Assembly (NCBI GenBank): GCA_951406725.2
Contig: OX597836.1
Coordinates: forward strand, 12,710,001-12,774,000
From: Octopus vulgaris
Taxonomy: Eukaryota
Direction of reading: 5' to 3'
DNA: 64,000 bases
Below are positions 1 to 13,292 of the stretch, in pieces (the first letter of the stretch is position 1; each line of letters begins with the position of its first letter). The notes below the pieces were generated by a model that saw nothing but the letters and a program-made list of their open reading frames with translations, was not told where the DNA came from and did no database searches. The translations under genes and the position numbers were made by a program.

Positions 1-71
1 AATAATGAATATAGCAACTTCCCAAGTTATATAGACTCATAGGACCCATTCAATGGATTCTGTGGCATATA

Positions 72-290
72 CAGGGTAGGTAAAAAGTAAGTAGGCATTA
101 AAAATTGGTAACAAAAAATCCATATTCCTTTTACAAATATATTGAAATAAATGATTTTTTTTTTTTTAAATCTTCCATATAAGTACTGGTAGCATCAACC
201 AGTTTCCTCGAATGACCCGGGATGGAATAAACAACCTTCTGAAGGATGTCATGTGGGATATCATTGACAACCTCCTGAATCCATTCTCCT
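72..290 (-). mobile_element. Tc1/mariner-superfamily transposon 3' remnant
   Basis: TA followed by CAGGGT...-type terminus at 72; minus strand reads WIQEVVNDIPHDILQKVVYSIPGHSRKLVDATSTYME, resembling a Tc1/mariner transposase C-terminus. Confidence 0.55.
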
Positions 291-522
291 AGTCCTCCAG
301 TGTGTGAGCATTTCACCTGGCGTGCTAACGTTTCTGCCAACTTGCCACCACGTCCAGACCTCTCATATGCACTAATACTCTCTCTCACACACACACACAC
401 ACACACCCTTATACATACTAATACATACTAATACATACACCAACCCTATACATACACACGTCCAGACCTCTCATACGCACTAATACTCTCTCATACACAC
501 ACACACACACACACACACCCTT

Positions 523-820
523 ATGTTGGAGCTGGTCACTCAACCCTATTATCTCCCCTAATTTCGCTCTCGCGTCTCATGTTTGATCTTTGACTTCTGG
601 CCGAAATCAGATCGCCATGTTGGTTCGTTAGTTACTGCACGCATTTTTTTTCTCTCCTTTCTGTGTTTTTTTCTCTCTGTGTATCTTTCTGTTGAAGAGC
701 GAAGGCTCGAAACGTTAAAGACTTGTTTTATTTATATTTCCTGAGCGCCATACTAATACAATTGTTTGTTTGTTTTCCACCTGCCTTCGTCTTTTGTCTA
801 TTTTCATAAAGCTTCCCGTT
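523..820 (+). mobile_element. Penelope-like pLTR fragment with minimal hammerhead motif (684-721)
   Basis: tcttt-CTGTTGA-a-gagc(gaag)gctc-GAAAC-GTT-aaaga; ends in (TA)n; downstream tttcctgagcg... shared with the 13085-13292 element. Confidence 0.6.
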
Positions 821-837
821 ATATATACATATATATT

Positions 838-1483
838 CTTTTCTACTCTAGGCACAAGGCCCAAAATATTTGGGGAGGGGGTTCAATCGATTAGATCGAA
901 CTTAGTATGCAACAGGTACTTAAATTATCAACCCTGAATAGATGAAAGGCAAAGTTGACCTTGGCGGAATTTGAACTCAGGACATAGCAACAGACGAAAT
1001 ACCGATAAGCATTACACTCTGTGTGCTAACATTTCTTATTTCTTTACTGCCCACAAGGGGCTACACACAGAGGGGGAAAACAAAGACAGACACAGATTAA
1101 GTCGATTATATTGATCCCAGTGTGTAACTGGTACTTATTTAATCAACCCCAGTGCATAACTGGTATCTATTTAATCGACCCCGAAAGGATGAAATGCTAA
1201 GTCAACCTCGGCAGAATTTGAACTCAGAACGTAACAGCATACAAAATACCTATTTCTTTACTACCCACAAGGGGCTAAACACAGAAAGGACAAACAAGGA
1301 CAGACAAATGGATTAAGTTGATCGTATCGACCCCAGCGCGTAACAGGTACTTATTTAATCAACTCCGAAAGGATGAAAGGCAAAGTTGACCTCGGCGGAA
1401 TTTGAACTCAGAATGTAATGGCAGACGAAATACCGCTAAGCATTTTGCCCGGCGTGCTAACGTATCTGCCAGCTCGCCACCTT
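838..1483 (-). mobile_element. tRNA-derived SINE family A, multimer
   Basis: Reverse complement aggtggcgagctggcaga..cgttagcacgccggg...gagttcaaattccgccgaggtcgactttgcctttcatcc; B box GTTCAAATTCC; body repeated in tandem. Confidence 0.85.
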
Positions 1484-1720
1484 GTACTACTAATAATACT
1501 ATAATATTTTGTGTTTCTTTTCTTATAATTTTCATACGCAAAGTATTCTATAAGTATAAAAAAAATTAATTAAACAATATTGCAGAAGATATATAATAAA
1601 GCAGCCCTTTGGGGCTCAGAAAATGTAAAAATTTATAGATGATGTTCATAGTTGAATTATGACCTTTAATGGGTTAGCATGATCCTTTTTGTGTGTAATT
1701 TGATGGAGATTTTCTTGAAG

Positions 1721-1897
1721 GTTGATCAAGTGACCACATGCAAGAGGCTCCTTCAGTTGGCTTAAGGATATGTTGGGGAGGATACGTCGGATATGTCGGG
1801 AGGTGGGCGGGTCGTGACACTGAACGGAAGTTGATGCGTGACATGAAGGCAACGAGGCATACAAGAACATGTCGAAATGGTGTCTACGTCTATCTTG
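1721..1897 (+). other. Candidate exon (GC-richer unique island); strand uncertain
   Basis: ttttcttgaag| acceptor and TTG|GTGAGT donor on +; an alternative minus-strand terminal exon 1893-1762 is also possible. Confidence 0.3.
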
Positions 1898-1989
1898 GTG
1901 AGTGGAAACAGATGAGAGGAAAAAAAATTTGTGCTGATGTTGCAGAATTAAGAATAAAAAGAGTTAGTTTTGAAGAAGTAAAACAATGG

Positions 1990-2032
<43 letters not shown>

Positions 2033-2038
2033 TATACG

Positions 2039-2069
<31 letters not shown>

Positions 2070-2527
2070 ACGCGTGTATGTATACATATATAAACATGCA
2101 TATATATATATATGTATAAATATGTATATATATGTGTGTGTGTAAATATGTATATGTATATATATATATGTGTGTGTGTGTGTGTATAAATATGCATATA
2201 TATATATATACATGCATATATATACATATATACATGCATATATATAAACATATATATGTATGTATAGATGCATATATATATATATATATACACATATACA
2301 TACACACATACACATACATATATATGCATGCACACACACATCATCATCATTTAACGTCTTTTATTCCATGTGTGTGTATATATGTATGAATATATGTACA
2401 CACACATATGCACACAGACACAGGTGTGCACACACAGGCACACACATGCATACACATATACACGCACATTATACTTGTGCATATATATATATATATATAT
2501 GTGTGTGTATACAGATAATGCTGTATA

Positions 2528-2565
<38 letters not shown>

Positions 2566-2834
2566 ATATGTGTACACAGAGACACACACACACACACACA
2601 CACACACAGGAAGTGAATATAATTACAGAGCTTACGCTACGGCTGTCATTACGCTCTGAGTCAACACGGAAGGAGATTTGGTTGAACAACTCAATAAAGG
2701 GATCTCTTTATGCAGTCAGTCACCATGCTAGAAATACCAGTCAAATCTCCTTTAAAATCCACCCATTTTCATGCTATCTTGGGAGTAGATCCACAGCTAG
2801 ATTCACGGAGAAACTTTAACAGATAAAGGTTCAT

Positions 2835-3200
2835 ATATTCTTTATTTGATTCACTCATTAGACTGTGGCCATGTTAAGGCATTACTTTGAAGAATTTATT
2901 CAAACAAGTCAACCCCACTACTTATTTTTGGGGGCTTGGGACTTATTCTATCAGTCTCTTTTGCCAATCCCCTAAGTTACAAGGGACATAAACACACCAA
3001 CACCAGTTGTCAAGCAGTAGTGGCAGACAGACACAGCACACACACACACAGATACACACACACTTGATGGGCTTCTTTCAGTTTCCATCACACCAAGGCT
3101 GTAGTAGAAGACATTTACCCAAGGTGCTACACAGAGGGACTGAACCTAGAACCATGTGGTTGGGAAACAAACTTTTTACCACAAAGCCACACTTGCACCT
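2835..3200 (-). mobile_element. SINE family B (CORE-like), diverged
   Basis: Similar to family-B copies (ggcaccttgggcaagtgtcttctactatagcc; gactgcggccatgctggagcac tail). Confidence 0.75.
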
Positions 3201-3402
3201 ATAGAATGGTAATGTCAAACACATGGCCCTTCAGCCCTTTTTAAACGCAACTGTGGCTTACAAGTGCTGCAGTTTAGAGGTTTAAACGTAGGGAGCCCAA
3301 AAAGTTTTTAACAACAAAAACTATTGATAATAATTCTATTAATAAATATAGGATTATTGAAGGATTATTGATGAGCAAGTAAAAGGGTTTAAAAGACTTT
3401 TA

Positions 3403-3500
3403 CTGTAAATCCTCGAGTATAATCCGCATTTTTTCCCCAATATTTAAATGTCAAAATCCCTAGTGCGTACTATATATGAGGTTAAAAATGAAAATTATTT
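3403..3500 (+). mobile_element. TcMar (Tc2/pogo-like) MITE end
   Basis: TA + ctgtaaatcctcgagtataatccgc, resembling CCGTA..CTCGAGTATA-type TIRs; internal inverted echo gcgtactatatatgagg. Confidence 0.4.
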
Positions 3501-4625
3501 TCTCAGCAATTTCCTATAGTAGAAAGAATTATTATTATCATTATTATTATTAAGTGGATTAATATGTAATCGACTTGAACCCTCCCCCAAAACCGCTGGT
3601 CTTGTACCAAAATTTGAAACCCTTATTATTATTATTACTACTACTACTACTACTACTACTATTATTATTATTATTATTGTTATCATTATTCCACCTTGTG
3701 TGCATTTTATTTATGGTTGTTATACAATATCATAGCAACAGCAACACTTCTGGTCTTGGAATCATTATTTATCCATAATTTGAATTAAAAGAAAAGAAAA
3801 GAAAAGAAAAAATTATTAATATATAAACAGCATCCATGATATTAGTTAATTTTTATTTTTTTTTTTTTGTTAAATAAATTATTAAATTTATATAAATAAA
3901 TCTTGTTAAAGTGGAATAATTTTTAGTTGTTTTACAGACTTTAGCTCTGAACAATTCATTATTTTATTAAAAAAGAAAGAATATTATAGCAATATTATTA
4001 CTGTTATTACTATTATTACCATTATTATTATTATTATTATTATTATTATGAAAAAGGGGAGGATGAAAAATCGCTAATTTTAACAAGAAACCATGTATAT
4101 CTGCAATGCATAATGCTTTTCATTCTTGAGAGAAATAAATTTCAAGAATAGTGTGTATCTGTTGTTTTCCTTCCTCTTCTTGTTGTTGTTGCGTTACCCT
4201 TTTATAAATTAAATCTGTTGCTGTTTTAAAAATAAGGCATGTACATAGTTTGTTTCGGTTTCCCCTTTTTATTGTTGTCTTTAACATTAAAAGATGAGCA
4301 GCACACAAACAACATTATGAAGTACATTATCATTATCCGGAAGCAAAATTACTATTTATTTGCATAAACACAGAGAAATTACACACACATATATATATTA
4401 TGATATCATCTGTTCCCTGTGCACGTTTCATCATTGCTGTTATTTACACGCGCAGCAGTAGATCTGCAAGATTAACGTGTATTTTGATTATACAATCACA
4501 TCTGACACAATGGTCTGGTTCTTTTGTTCTAGTGTGAAATATATTAGCAAGGAAATAAATAGCCATTCTACAGAAACATATATGACATATTTAAATAATT
4601 CATTCATTGTTTATATATATGTGTG

Positions 4626-4775
4626 TGGTTGGCATTAGGAAGGGCATCCAGCTGTAGAAACACTGCCAGACCAGACTGGAGCCTGGTGCAGCCTCCTGGC
4701 TTCCCAGACCCCGGTCGAACCGTCCAACCCATGCTAGCATGGAAAACGGACGTTAAACGATGATGATGATGATGA
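4626..4775 (+). mobile_element. RTE LINE 3' UTR fragment with (GAT)n tail
   Basis: tggttggcattaggaagggcatccagctgtagaaac...ggacgttaaacgatgatgat, same as the 3' end of the ORF2-linked copy at 20833-21476. Confidence 0.8.
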
Positions 4776-4783
4776 TATATATA

Positions 4784-5288
4784 TGAGGTGGTATCAAAAG
4801 GTTACTGGCCTAGTTATACTTAATAAAAAATAACTTATTTACTTTCGAAATAGTCCCCTTACATGGCAATACACTGGTCCCAGCATTCTTTCCTCTTTTG
4901 GAATCCAGCCCCCGGAACTTGTTTTCTGTGAGTTGAGGACCTTCTGCGATTCGCTCTTGATCTTGTCAACGCTGTTAAAATGATGACCTTTAAGCTGCAT
5001 TTTCCTCTTGGGGAAGAGATGGAAGTCCACAGATGTTAAATCTGGTGAATAGGGTGGATGCAGAAGTGATACCGTGTTGTTTTTGGCAAGAAACTCGCAA
5101 GGGAGGAGAGCTTGGTGAAGAATCCAATTTTTTGCTATCCACAGATCCAGTCATTTTCGCTAAATGTCCTCCTTCAAACCCTTCAAAACATCACAGTAGA
5201 ACTTTCAAATGAAGGTCTGGCCCTAGGGAATATTTTCAAGGGTGGCACTCATGGCAGGTCTTCCAGATTGTTCATCCTCTTCCGGGGA
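4784..5288 (-). mobile_element. Mariner transposon remnant 2 (internally deleted)
   Basis: Minus strand HPPYSPDLTSVDFHLFPKRKMQLKGHHFNSVDKI (YSPDL motif) plus an EDEQSGRP N-terminal piece; TIR-like tgaggtggtatcaaaagg after TA. Confidence 0.8.
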
Positions 5289-5289
5289 A

Positions 5290-6298
5290 GTTCCTGTTGG
5301 CCAATTCTGGACGTTTCTCTTGAATTGCTGCTTTTAACCCGTCCAGTTGTGTGCAGCATTTCTCAGAATTGATTATCTGCTTACTGGGGAGAAGCGCATA
5401 GTACAGAATTCCTTTCCAATCCCACCAGACACAAAGCAAGACTTTTTTAGGGTGAAGACCAGCTTTTGAAGTGGCTAAGAATGACTCATGTTGCTTACTT
5501 CAGGATCACTTTCACTGAACATTTCGGTAGATAATCCATTTCTCATCACCTGTCACAATTTGCTTTAAAAAAGGTGCGTTTTCATTCCATTTATAAAACG
5601 AATCACAGATGGAAATGCGATCCAAAAGGTTCTTCTCACTCAACTCATGTGGTACCCAAGCATCGTAGCGATTTGTGTACCCAAGCTTTACCAGGTGCTC
5701 ATGAATGATGGATTTTGATAGGTCGAGGCTTTCTACCAATTCTCAGGTTGTGCATTGTGGGTTATTTTCAATTAATGACTTGATTTAGTCATCATCTGTA
5801 GTGGATGATCTGCCTGATCGCTCTTTATCAATAAGGTTACAATCTCCAGCTCGGAACCTTGCGAACCACTTCCGTACAGTTCTTTTGGATAAAGAAACAT
5901 CACCATAAACTGCGCATATTTCTTTGGTTGCTTGTGAGGAATTTTTCCCTTTTTGGAAAAAGAAAAGCATCAAGTGCCGAAAATGAACCTGAATAAGTGG
6001 AAATCCGAAGGAGCAATATCTGGTGAATATGGAGGGTGGGGTAACACATTCCAGCCGAGCTGCAGCAATTTTTGTCTGGTTCTCAAAGCATCAAGTGCCG
6101 AAAATGAACTTTCTTATCTTCCATTTTAAAGGTTTACAGAATTAACACCGGTTATAGGAACATAAGCCTTCTTCCAGGAAAAGATAGCTTAAACTGTGCT
6201 CTAAATGGAGGTGTAGTCAAATCCTATTTTATGGACTCAACCATGTTCTAAAATAAGGTAAGCTACTATAAATCGGCACGAACTTTCCAGACAACCCA
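5290..6298 (-). pseudogene. Mariner (DD34D) transposase pseudogene with 5' TIR
   Basis: MEDKKVHFRHLMLFFF...RTVRKWFARFRAG...WVPHELSEKN...IVTGDEKWIIY...LHPKKVLLCVWWDWKG with in-frame stops; TIR ctgggttgtctggaaagttcgtgccgatt next to (TA)n. Confidence 0.92.
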
Positions 6299-6337
<39 letters not shown>

Positions 6338-6339
<2 letters not shown>

Positions 6340-6447
6340 AACGTCTCTGATCATGAATAAATCGTGCTTTATACATATCTATATCTATCTATATATGAAG
6401 CATGATTTATTTATGATCAGAGTTGTTCAAAAACCGAGGTACTACTG
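6338..6447. mobile_element. Tigger-like MITE remnant forming a hairpin
   Basis: Right end reads TA-CAGTAGTACCTCGGTTTTTGAAC on minus; arms 6345-6369 and 6398-6422 are inverted repeats. Confidence 0.55.
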
Positions 6448-6579
6448 TATGTATGTTTATATATATGATTATATATGTATGTATGCATGTATGTATCCAT
6501 GTATGCATTTGTAAAGTAAGAGAAAGATGTATAAAAAGATGTGTGTGTATGAATGTGTATATATGTATGTGTGCATGTG

Positions 6580-6657
<78 letters not shown>

Positions 6658-7234
6658 AAGAGAGACAGAGGATGAGAGAGAGAGTGAAATAATTTATTTG
6701 CTTTTGTTTACATTTGACGATCGGAAAATGGTTTTTCCTTCTCTTCCTTTATTTTTCGCCTTTTTTGTTTTTTTGTTGTTGTTTTTTTTGGGGGGATAAA
6801 TATGATTTATTAATACCAAAAACTAATTTCCGAGATAAACTTAACCTAATTTCAGTGCATTATGCGAAAATTTAAAATAGCTCAACTCAACTTTGAAATA
6901 AATTAGCAAAGGAAATTTAGCAATCTGAAATTAGTTTTATTTTCGCCTTTTTGTTTATCAACATCATTATTATTATTGTTGTTCTTGTAGCAGTTGTTGG
7001 TTTTTGCTTATCATGAGTAAAGATCCCTGCTTTAAAAATTGTTAATTGATAATTGAAAAAACACATTATTCCTGAAAAAATATTACAAGTTCTTCATGTA
7101 TATCTGTAGGTAAGATAGAAAATATGCCTTCCCCTGTTCTTATAATCACTCACATAAAATATACGATGTGCTTTACCAGTAAAATATAGGACAGGAGCAT
7201 TGCATTTCTATAGCATAAAATAGATGAAGATTAC

Positions 7235-7338
7235 ACAGGAGTGGCTGTGTGGTAAGCAGCTTGCTTACCAACCACATGGTTCCGGGTTCAGTCCCACTGC
7301 GTGGCACCTTGGGCAAGTGTCTTCTACTATAGCCTCGG
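7235..7338 (+). mobile_element. SINE family B head (truncated)
   Basis: caggagtggctgtgtggtaag...gggttcagtcccactgcgtggcaccttgggcaagtgtcttctactatagcctcgg. Confidence 0.85.
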
Positions 7339-7765
7339 TGATGGTGGTGGTGGTGGTGATGATGATGATGATGGTGATGGTGATGGTGGTGGTGATGATG
7401 ATGATGATGGTGATGATAGTGATGGTGACGATGGTGATGATGATGGTGATGGTAACGATGATGATGGTGATGATAGTGATAGTGATGATGACGATGGTGA
7501 TGATGACGATGGTGATGATGATGATGACGGTGATGGTGATGATAATGATGATGATGGTGGTGATGATGATGATAATGATGATGATGGTGGTGATGATGAT
7601 GGTGATGACAATGGTGATAATGATGATGATGATAATGATGATGATGGTGATGATGATGGTGATGATAGTGATGGTGACGATGATGATGATGGTGATGATC
7701 ATGGTAATGATGATGATGACGATGATGGTGATGACGATGATGATAATGATGATGATGGTGGTGAG
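7338..7765. repeat. Imperfect (GAT/GGT)n trinucleotide array
   Basis: Directly visible; source of the spurious poly-D and poly-M ORFs. Confidence 0.95.
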
Positions 7766-8099
7766 GATGTATACATATGAGGCACCGGCATTCTCAAATG
7801 CTGGATGAAAATTTCATAAATGCAATAAGGTAAGAATTCTACTTAATTTTACTTTGGATTATTCTATTTCATTGAATTTCATTGGGAATTTTGAAAACTT
7901 TCTGTACCTGTATATAAATAAACGAAGAGACAATTCCTTCGTTTCTTCTGACTAACTTTATTATTAATGTTGTTGTTGTTGTTGTTAGAATATACTATAC
8001 TGAAATCATTTTATTCCTAGGGATATATATATATATGTGTGTGTGTGTATAATCAGTAGTTCGCATATCAGAAAAAGAAGCAATGTTTTCGAGTATTAT

Positions 8100-8456
8100 A
8101 TATTATATACATATATAATATTTATACATACACACACACATATAGACACATATACACATATATATAGGCACACATATATAGATATATATATACATATATA
8201 TACACACATATACGTATATATACACACATATATATACATATATATATATACATATATATATATACACACATATATACACACATATATATATGCACATATA
8301 TATACATATATATACACACACATATATATACACATATATATATGCACATATATATATGCACATATATATACATATATATACACACACATATATATATATA
8401 TACATACACATTCACACACAGACACATATATATATATATATATATACACACATACA

Positions 8457-8506
<50 letters not shown>

Positions 8507-8520
8507 CATACACACACATT

Positions 8521-8556
<36 letters not shown>

Positions 8557-8570
8557 CATACACACACATT

Positions 8571-8606
<36 letters not shown>

Positions 8607-8657
8607 CATACACACACACATTCACACACACACACACACATATATATATATACACAC

Positions 8658-8706
<49 letters not shown>

Positions 8707-8765
8707 CATATATATATATACATACACATGCATATATACACACACACACATGCATGTATATATCA
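8100..8765. repeat. Compound (TA)n/(CA)n minisatellite
   Basis: Repeated catt(ca)n(ta)n units. Confidence 0.9.
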
Positions 8766-8890
8766 ATAACAAAATTTCCGCTCTGTTCGATCTTAATAAC
8801 TTGTATTGAGTTATTTTATTGAATCAAGTCTAGTCTTATCTAACTGTTCGATCACGATCACACATGCACACACACACACATCATATATAT

Positions 8891-8931
<41 letters not shown>

Positions 8932-10057
8932 CATATACATATATACATACATATATACATACATATATACATACATATATATATATGTACATATATATAT
9001 GTATTCTATATACACATATTTATAAATATATATGTACGTTTATGCCATATAGATAGTATGATAGATAGATAGTGATACATTACACACACAGTTTCTATTA
9101 TATAAGAGATTATATTCTTCAGTATAATATTTACTATCATGCTATAAAATTTCTTCATACAGTTTGCTCTTTAAATGCTAGTCTAACTTATCTTGACATT
9201 CAAATATCAAATTTTGGCATTTTAATATTTTATGAATGACCCCTGAATTTCAGTTGAAGCAAGGCCGAAATTAAGGGATTTTTTTTTACTTATTTTCCTC
9301 AGAAATCTGTACTGCTTCTTATTGTTTCCTTACCACAAAAAGAAAAAGAAAATATCTTAAAGATTTTCAGCTCAAAAAAAAAACAAAAAAAAAAACACGA
9401 AGCAAGATTAAATTTTAGTGAATTTTTTTTTCACGGTCCTGTCACAATGAAAAATTTGAAGATACCGGAAATAAGTTTTAACTGTGCCACATTATATTTT
9501 CAATCTATTTTCTCGACTAAAATGTAAAATCGTAATTTTAGGATAAAAAAAAAAAAGTTTCTAAAACTTTTTTTTTCTGTAAAGTTGTCTGCAAAATTCC
9601 TTCTTCGTAGAGTTTCATTTACAAATTTATATCTTTTGTGCAGTGTTCAATGTATTTTTATATCTTTCTCAGTTTTTAAAAACTATAGAAAATATTCAGA
9701 CAATAAATGAACAAAGATGTGTGTATCTATGTATAGCTATACACACACACAGATATATAGGTAAAAAACAAAAAGTTATGTATTGCATTACATGATTAAT
9801 ATTTTCAGAAGCGATATATATACATATGTATATATATATATACTGCATACTTTATCTTCTATATTAATTATTTACAATGTACTCAGCATGCACCAAAGAA
9901 TTCCTAACACAGATCTAGCAACAAATATGCATTTACTGTAGACAATACCAGGTAGCTACAAGAGATAAATGTGCTCTGCCGGCACACATACCCAAAATAC
10001 AGTTTTGATTTTAGATTTTAAATTTCAAATCTAAACTTTAATTATATAACATATATA

Positions 10058-10925
10058 CAGGATGTGATGGATAACTTGTCACCATTATATATTTTTTATT
10101 TTGCTCATGTGCATTGTTTATTTTTGATTTTATCGACTACACAGTATAGTAGGGTCAGTTGGTCACCGTCTGTGAGAAAAACAGCACCATGATACAATTC
10201 ACTCTGCAATTTGGAAATGACATGCTATACTGCTTAGCATTCATGCTGGAAGCTCCAATACGAACAGATGGTGAACGCAGAACATCTGTTGGCTTGCTGT
10301 TTCCCCCCAAACATCTACCAAGAGTGATAAAAATCAAACGTCCTGTCGACATCATGGTGTTTGGAGTGATCACAAGTGATGGCGATGTTATGCTTCCATT
10401 TATCTTCCCACAGGGCCTCACACTCAACATGAAGGCCTACATCAAGTGCCTGGAGGAGATAGCACTGCCTTGGGTCAAGAGGATGCATGACCCTATGTCT
10501 GGCAGCAGAACTCTGCACCATGCCACACAAGCAAGAGAAGTCTGCGACCACATCACCCCTAACATCTGGCCACCCCTCATCCCAAGACAGCAACCCCCCT
10601 TGATTATTATGTATGAGGCACAGATGAGCAAGGGACCAACAAAACTCCCTATAACACCAAAGATGAACTGAAGGCAGCATTCACCAACTTAAACAAGGAG
10701 ACCGTCCAGAAGAGTTGCAGAAGATTCTGAAGTCACCTGGAGGCCCATGGTTGAAGCCAATGGCAATTTTATTGAATAAATTTATCTATCTATCTCTCCA
10801 TGCATACATACATACATGGTGTGGTGAATATATTGTCGTCTAAATTACACAAAAATGAAAATAACACTGACATCTCATTTTCACAGATATATTTATCAAA
10901 ATTACATAAAAATATCTTGAAATAC
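10058..10925 (+). mobile_element. DD37D/maT-like Tc1-mariner transposon, deleted and frameshifted
   Basis: IMVFGVITSDGDVMLPFIFPQGL...YVWQQNSAPCH...IWPP..S.D.NPLDY...VEANGNFIE; TIR-like caggatgtgatggataacttgtc after TA. Confidence 0.8.
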
Positions 10926-11117
10926 AGTGTTTGTGAGGAGCACTTTGTGATCCGATGGTTGCAAAAAATAAACATAGGAATTCTACATTGTGACAATTAG
11001 AAACATAGAGAAATGTAATTTAAGAAAAAGCTATTTTTGTCTTTAATTATTGGTGACGTCATTGGATAACGAAGGAATAAAAAAAATACATAAGAATTCT
11101 ATATAATCACAATTCTT

Positions 11118-11311
11118 TTCTTTTATTCTTTTATTCTTTTACTTGTTTCAGTCATTTGACTGCGGCCATGCTGGAGCACCGCCTTTAGTCGAGCAAATCG
11201 ACCCCGGGACTTATTCTTTTGCTGAACCGCTAAGTAACGTGGACATAAACACACTAGCATTGGTTGTCAAGCAATGCTAGGGGGACAAACACAGACACAC
11301 AAACACACACA

Positions 11312-11349
<38 letters not shown>

Positions 11350-11515
11350 TACGACGGGCTTCTTTCAGTTTCCGTCTCCCAAATCCACTCACAAGGCTTT
11401 GGTCAGCCCGAGGCTATAGTAGAAGACACTTGCCCAAGGTGCCACGCAGTGGGACTGAACCCAGTACCATGTGGCTGGTAAACAAGCTACTTACCACGCA
11501 GCCACTCCTAAGCCT
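11118..11515 (-). mobile_element. SINE family B, near full length
   Basis: tRNA-like head, ccttgggcaagt CORE-like block, internal (TA)n(CA)n, tail gaaacaagtaaaagaataaaag. Confidence 0.9.
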
Positions 11516-11924
11516 ATTATAAACATATGGAAATATAATCTAAAAAGAACTAAACTATTCAGTGCAACAGCTGGGCCACAATGGGCCATGTGTCTCCAGT
11601 GAACAGAAATAAAACCAATTGTTAACTCACTAGCCACCACTTTTGTTTCATAATTCTCTCTACATCTGTTTCAGAAAAAAAAAAAAAAAACACAAACAAA
11701 CAAACACACACAAGTACTGAATATTGATGTTTTAAATGTCTGCTGTGTTTTATATATTTTTCTCTCGTTTGTTTTCCTTCTTGCTTTTTGGCTTTTAATC
11801 TCGAACCTTGCTTCATTATATCGTATGAAGTATGTTGTTGTTTCTATCTATTCTGAATTAATTAATTTTAAAACTATTTTCTATTAACATTGGTCTTATT
11901 TTTTTCTTCTTCTTCTTCTTACAG

Positions 11925-11945
11925 TGGTACTTGACAACATTCCAG
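11925..11945 (+). other. Candidate 21-nt microexon
   Basis: Branch-like attaac, long pyrimidine tract and ttacag| acceptor; weak donor CAG|gtttaa. Confidence 0.2.
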
Positions 11946-12029
11946 GTTTAACATTCAGTGCTTTATTACATAATTAATGTAGGACAGCACTTGTGGTTTC
12001 AACATGGCCACTGTTTCTTCTTCACAACC

Positions 12030-12035
12030 ATCATC

Positions 12036-12066
<31 letters not shown>

Positions 12067-12666
12067 CCATTATCATCGTTTAACGTCTGTTTTCCATGCT
12101 AGCATGGGTTGGACGGTTTGACCGGGGGTCTGGGAAGCCAGGTGACTGCACCAGGCTCCAGTCTGATCTGGCAATGTTTCTACATCTGGATGCCCTTCCT
12201 AACACCAACCACTCCGTGAGTGTAGTGAGCACTTTTCATGTGCCCCTGGCACAGTGGCCAGAGGAATCTAGTAAACGGCCATGATCAATTGGTACTTTTT
12301 ACGTGCCACTGGCACGGAAGCCAGTCAAAGCGGCGCTGGCATCAGCCATGCTCAGATGGTGCTTTTTACATGCCACCAGCACAGGTATCACAACTACAAT
12401 TTCCATTTGATTTTTTATTTTGATGTTGATGTACTTGACTCAACAGGTCTCCTCAAGCACAGCAGGTCGCCCTACAATCCAAGGTAAGCACAGCAGGCTA
12501 TCCTGTGATCCAAGGTACTTTGGATGGGCTGGGGCTGCTATGTGAAACTGGTGCAGGAAACAGCCATGAACTCACGTTATTTGTCGGGTTTTCACGGTCT
12601 CAGCATATCTCCAGAGATCTCGGTCTTTCGTCATTGCCTTTATGAAGCCCAACTTTCAAAGTGATC
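12030..12666 (-). mobile_element. RTE LINE 3' end (ORF2 C-terminus, 3' UTR, (GAT)n tail)
   Basis: Minus strand AMTKDRDLWRYAETVKTRQIT* then UTR with ~62-bp repeats and (GAT)n tail. Confidence 0.85.
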
Positions 12667-13084
12667 AACAAAAATTTTTTTCTTTTTTCTCTCCCTTTTC
12701 TTCCTTTCCTTCTTTTTCTATAACACTCCTTCAGATACAAAAGCACACACACACACACACATACACATACACACACATGCACACACACACACATGCTCTC
12801 TCTCACTGTCTTCCCATTCATCACCCTCTTGTACTATCTTATATCTCTCCCCAACATACACAATAATACTATAAAAAGGGTCAAAATTCCTGCAATTTGA
12901 AGACTCCACTAGAATGGACGACAGCGCTAATATATGATATATGATGTATAAAAACATGTAACATACAAATAAATATCTGTAAATATAAAACCATCCGGAT
13001 TTCTGAGTACCTCATTTCTTCTAATATATATTACCTGTACATCATCTCCAAACCTTCTAATATATATATAAATATACATATAAA

Positions 13085-13292
13085 GTTAATGCAAACATGA
13101 AAGCACAAAAAAACACAACAACGCGAGGACATGGAACAAATATAGTATTATTGGACGCTCAGGAAAGAGGGAAAGAAGGAGGGTGTAACGTTTCGAGCGG
13201 AGCTCTTCATCGGAAACATAGGAGATGGAAAGATCCAGAGAAGGGAAGACAGAGGGAAAAAAATCACCAACGGTACACACACGGTCACACAT
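13085..13292 (-). mobile_element. Penelope-like pLTR fragment with hammerhead motif (13183-13217)
   Basis: Minus strand gttt-CCGATGA-a-gagc(tcc)gctc-GAAAC-GTT-acac; related to 523-820. Confidence 0.6.
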
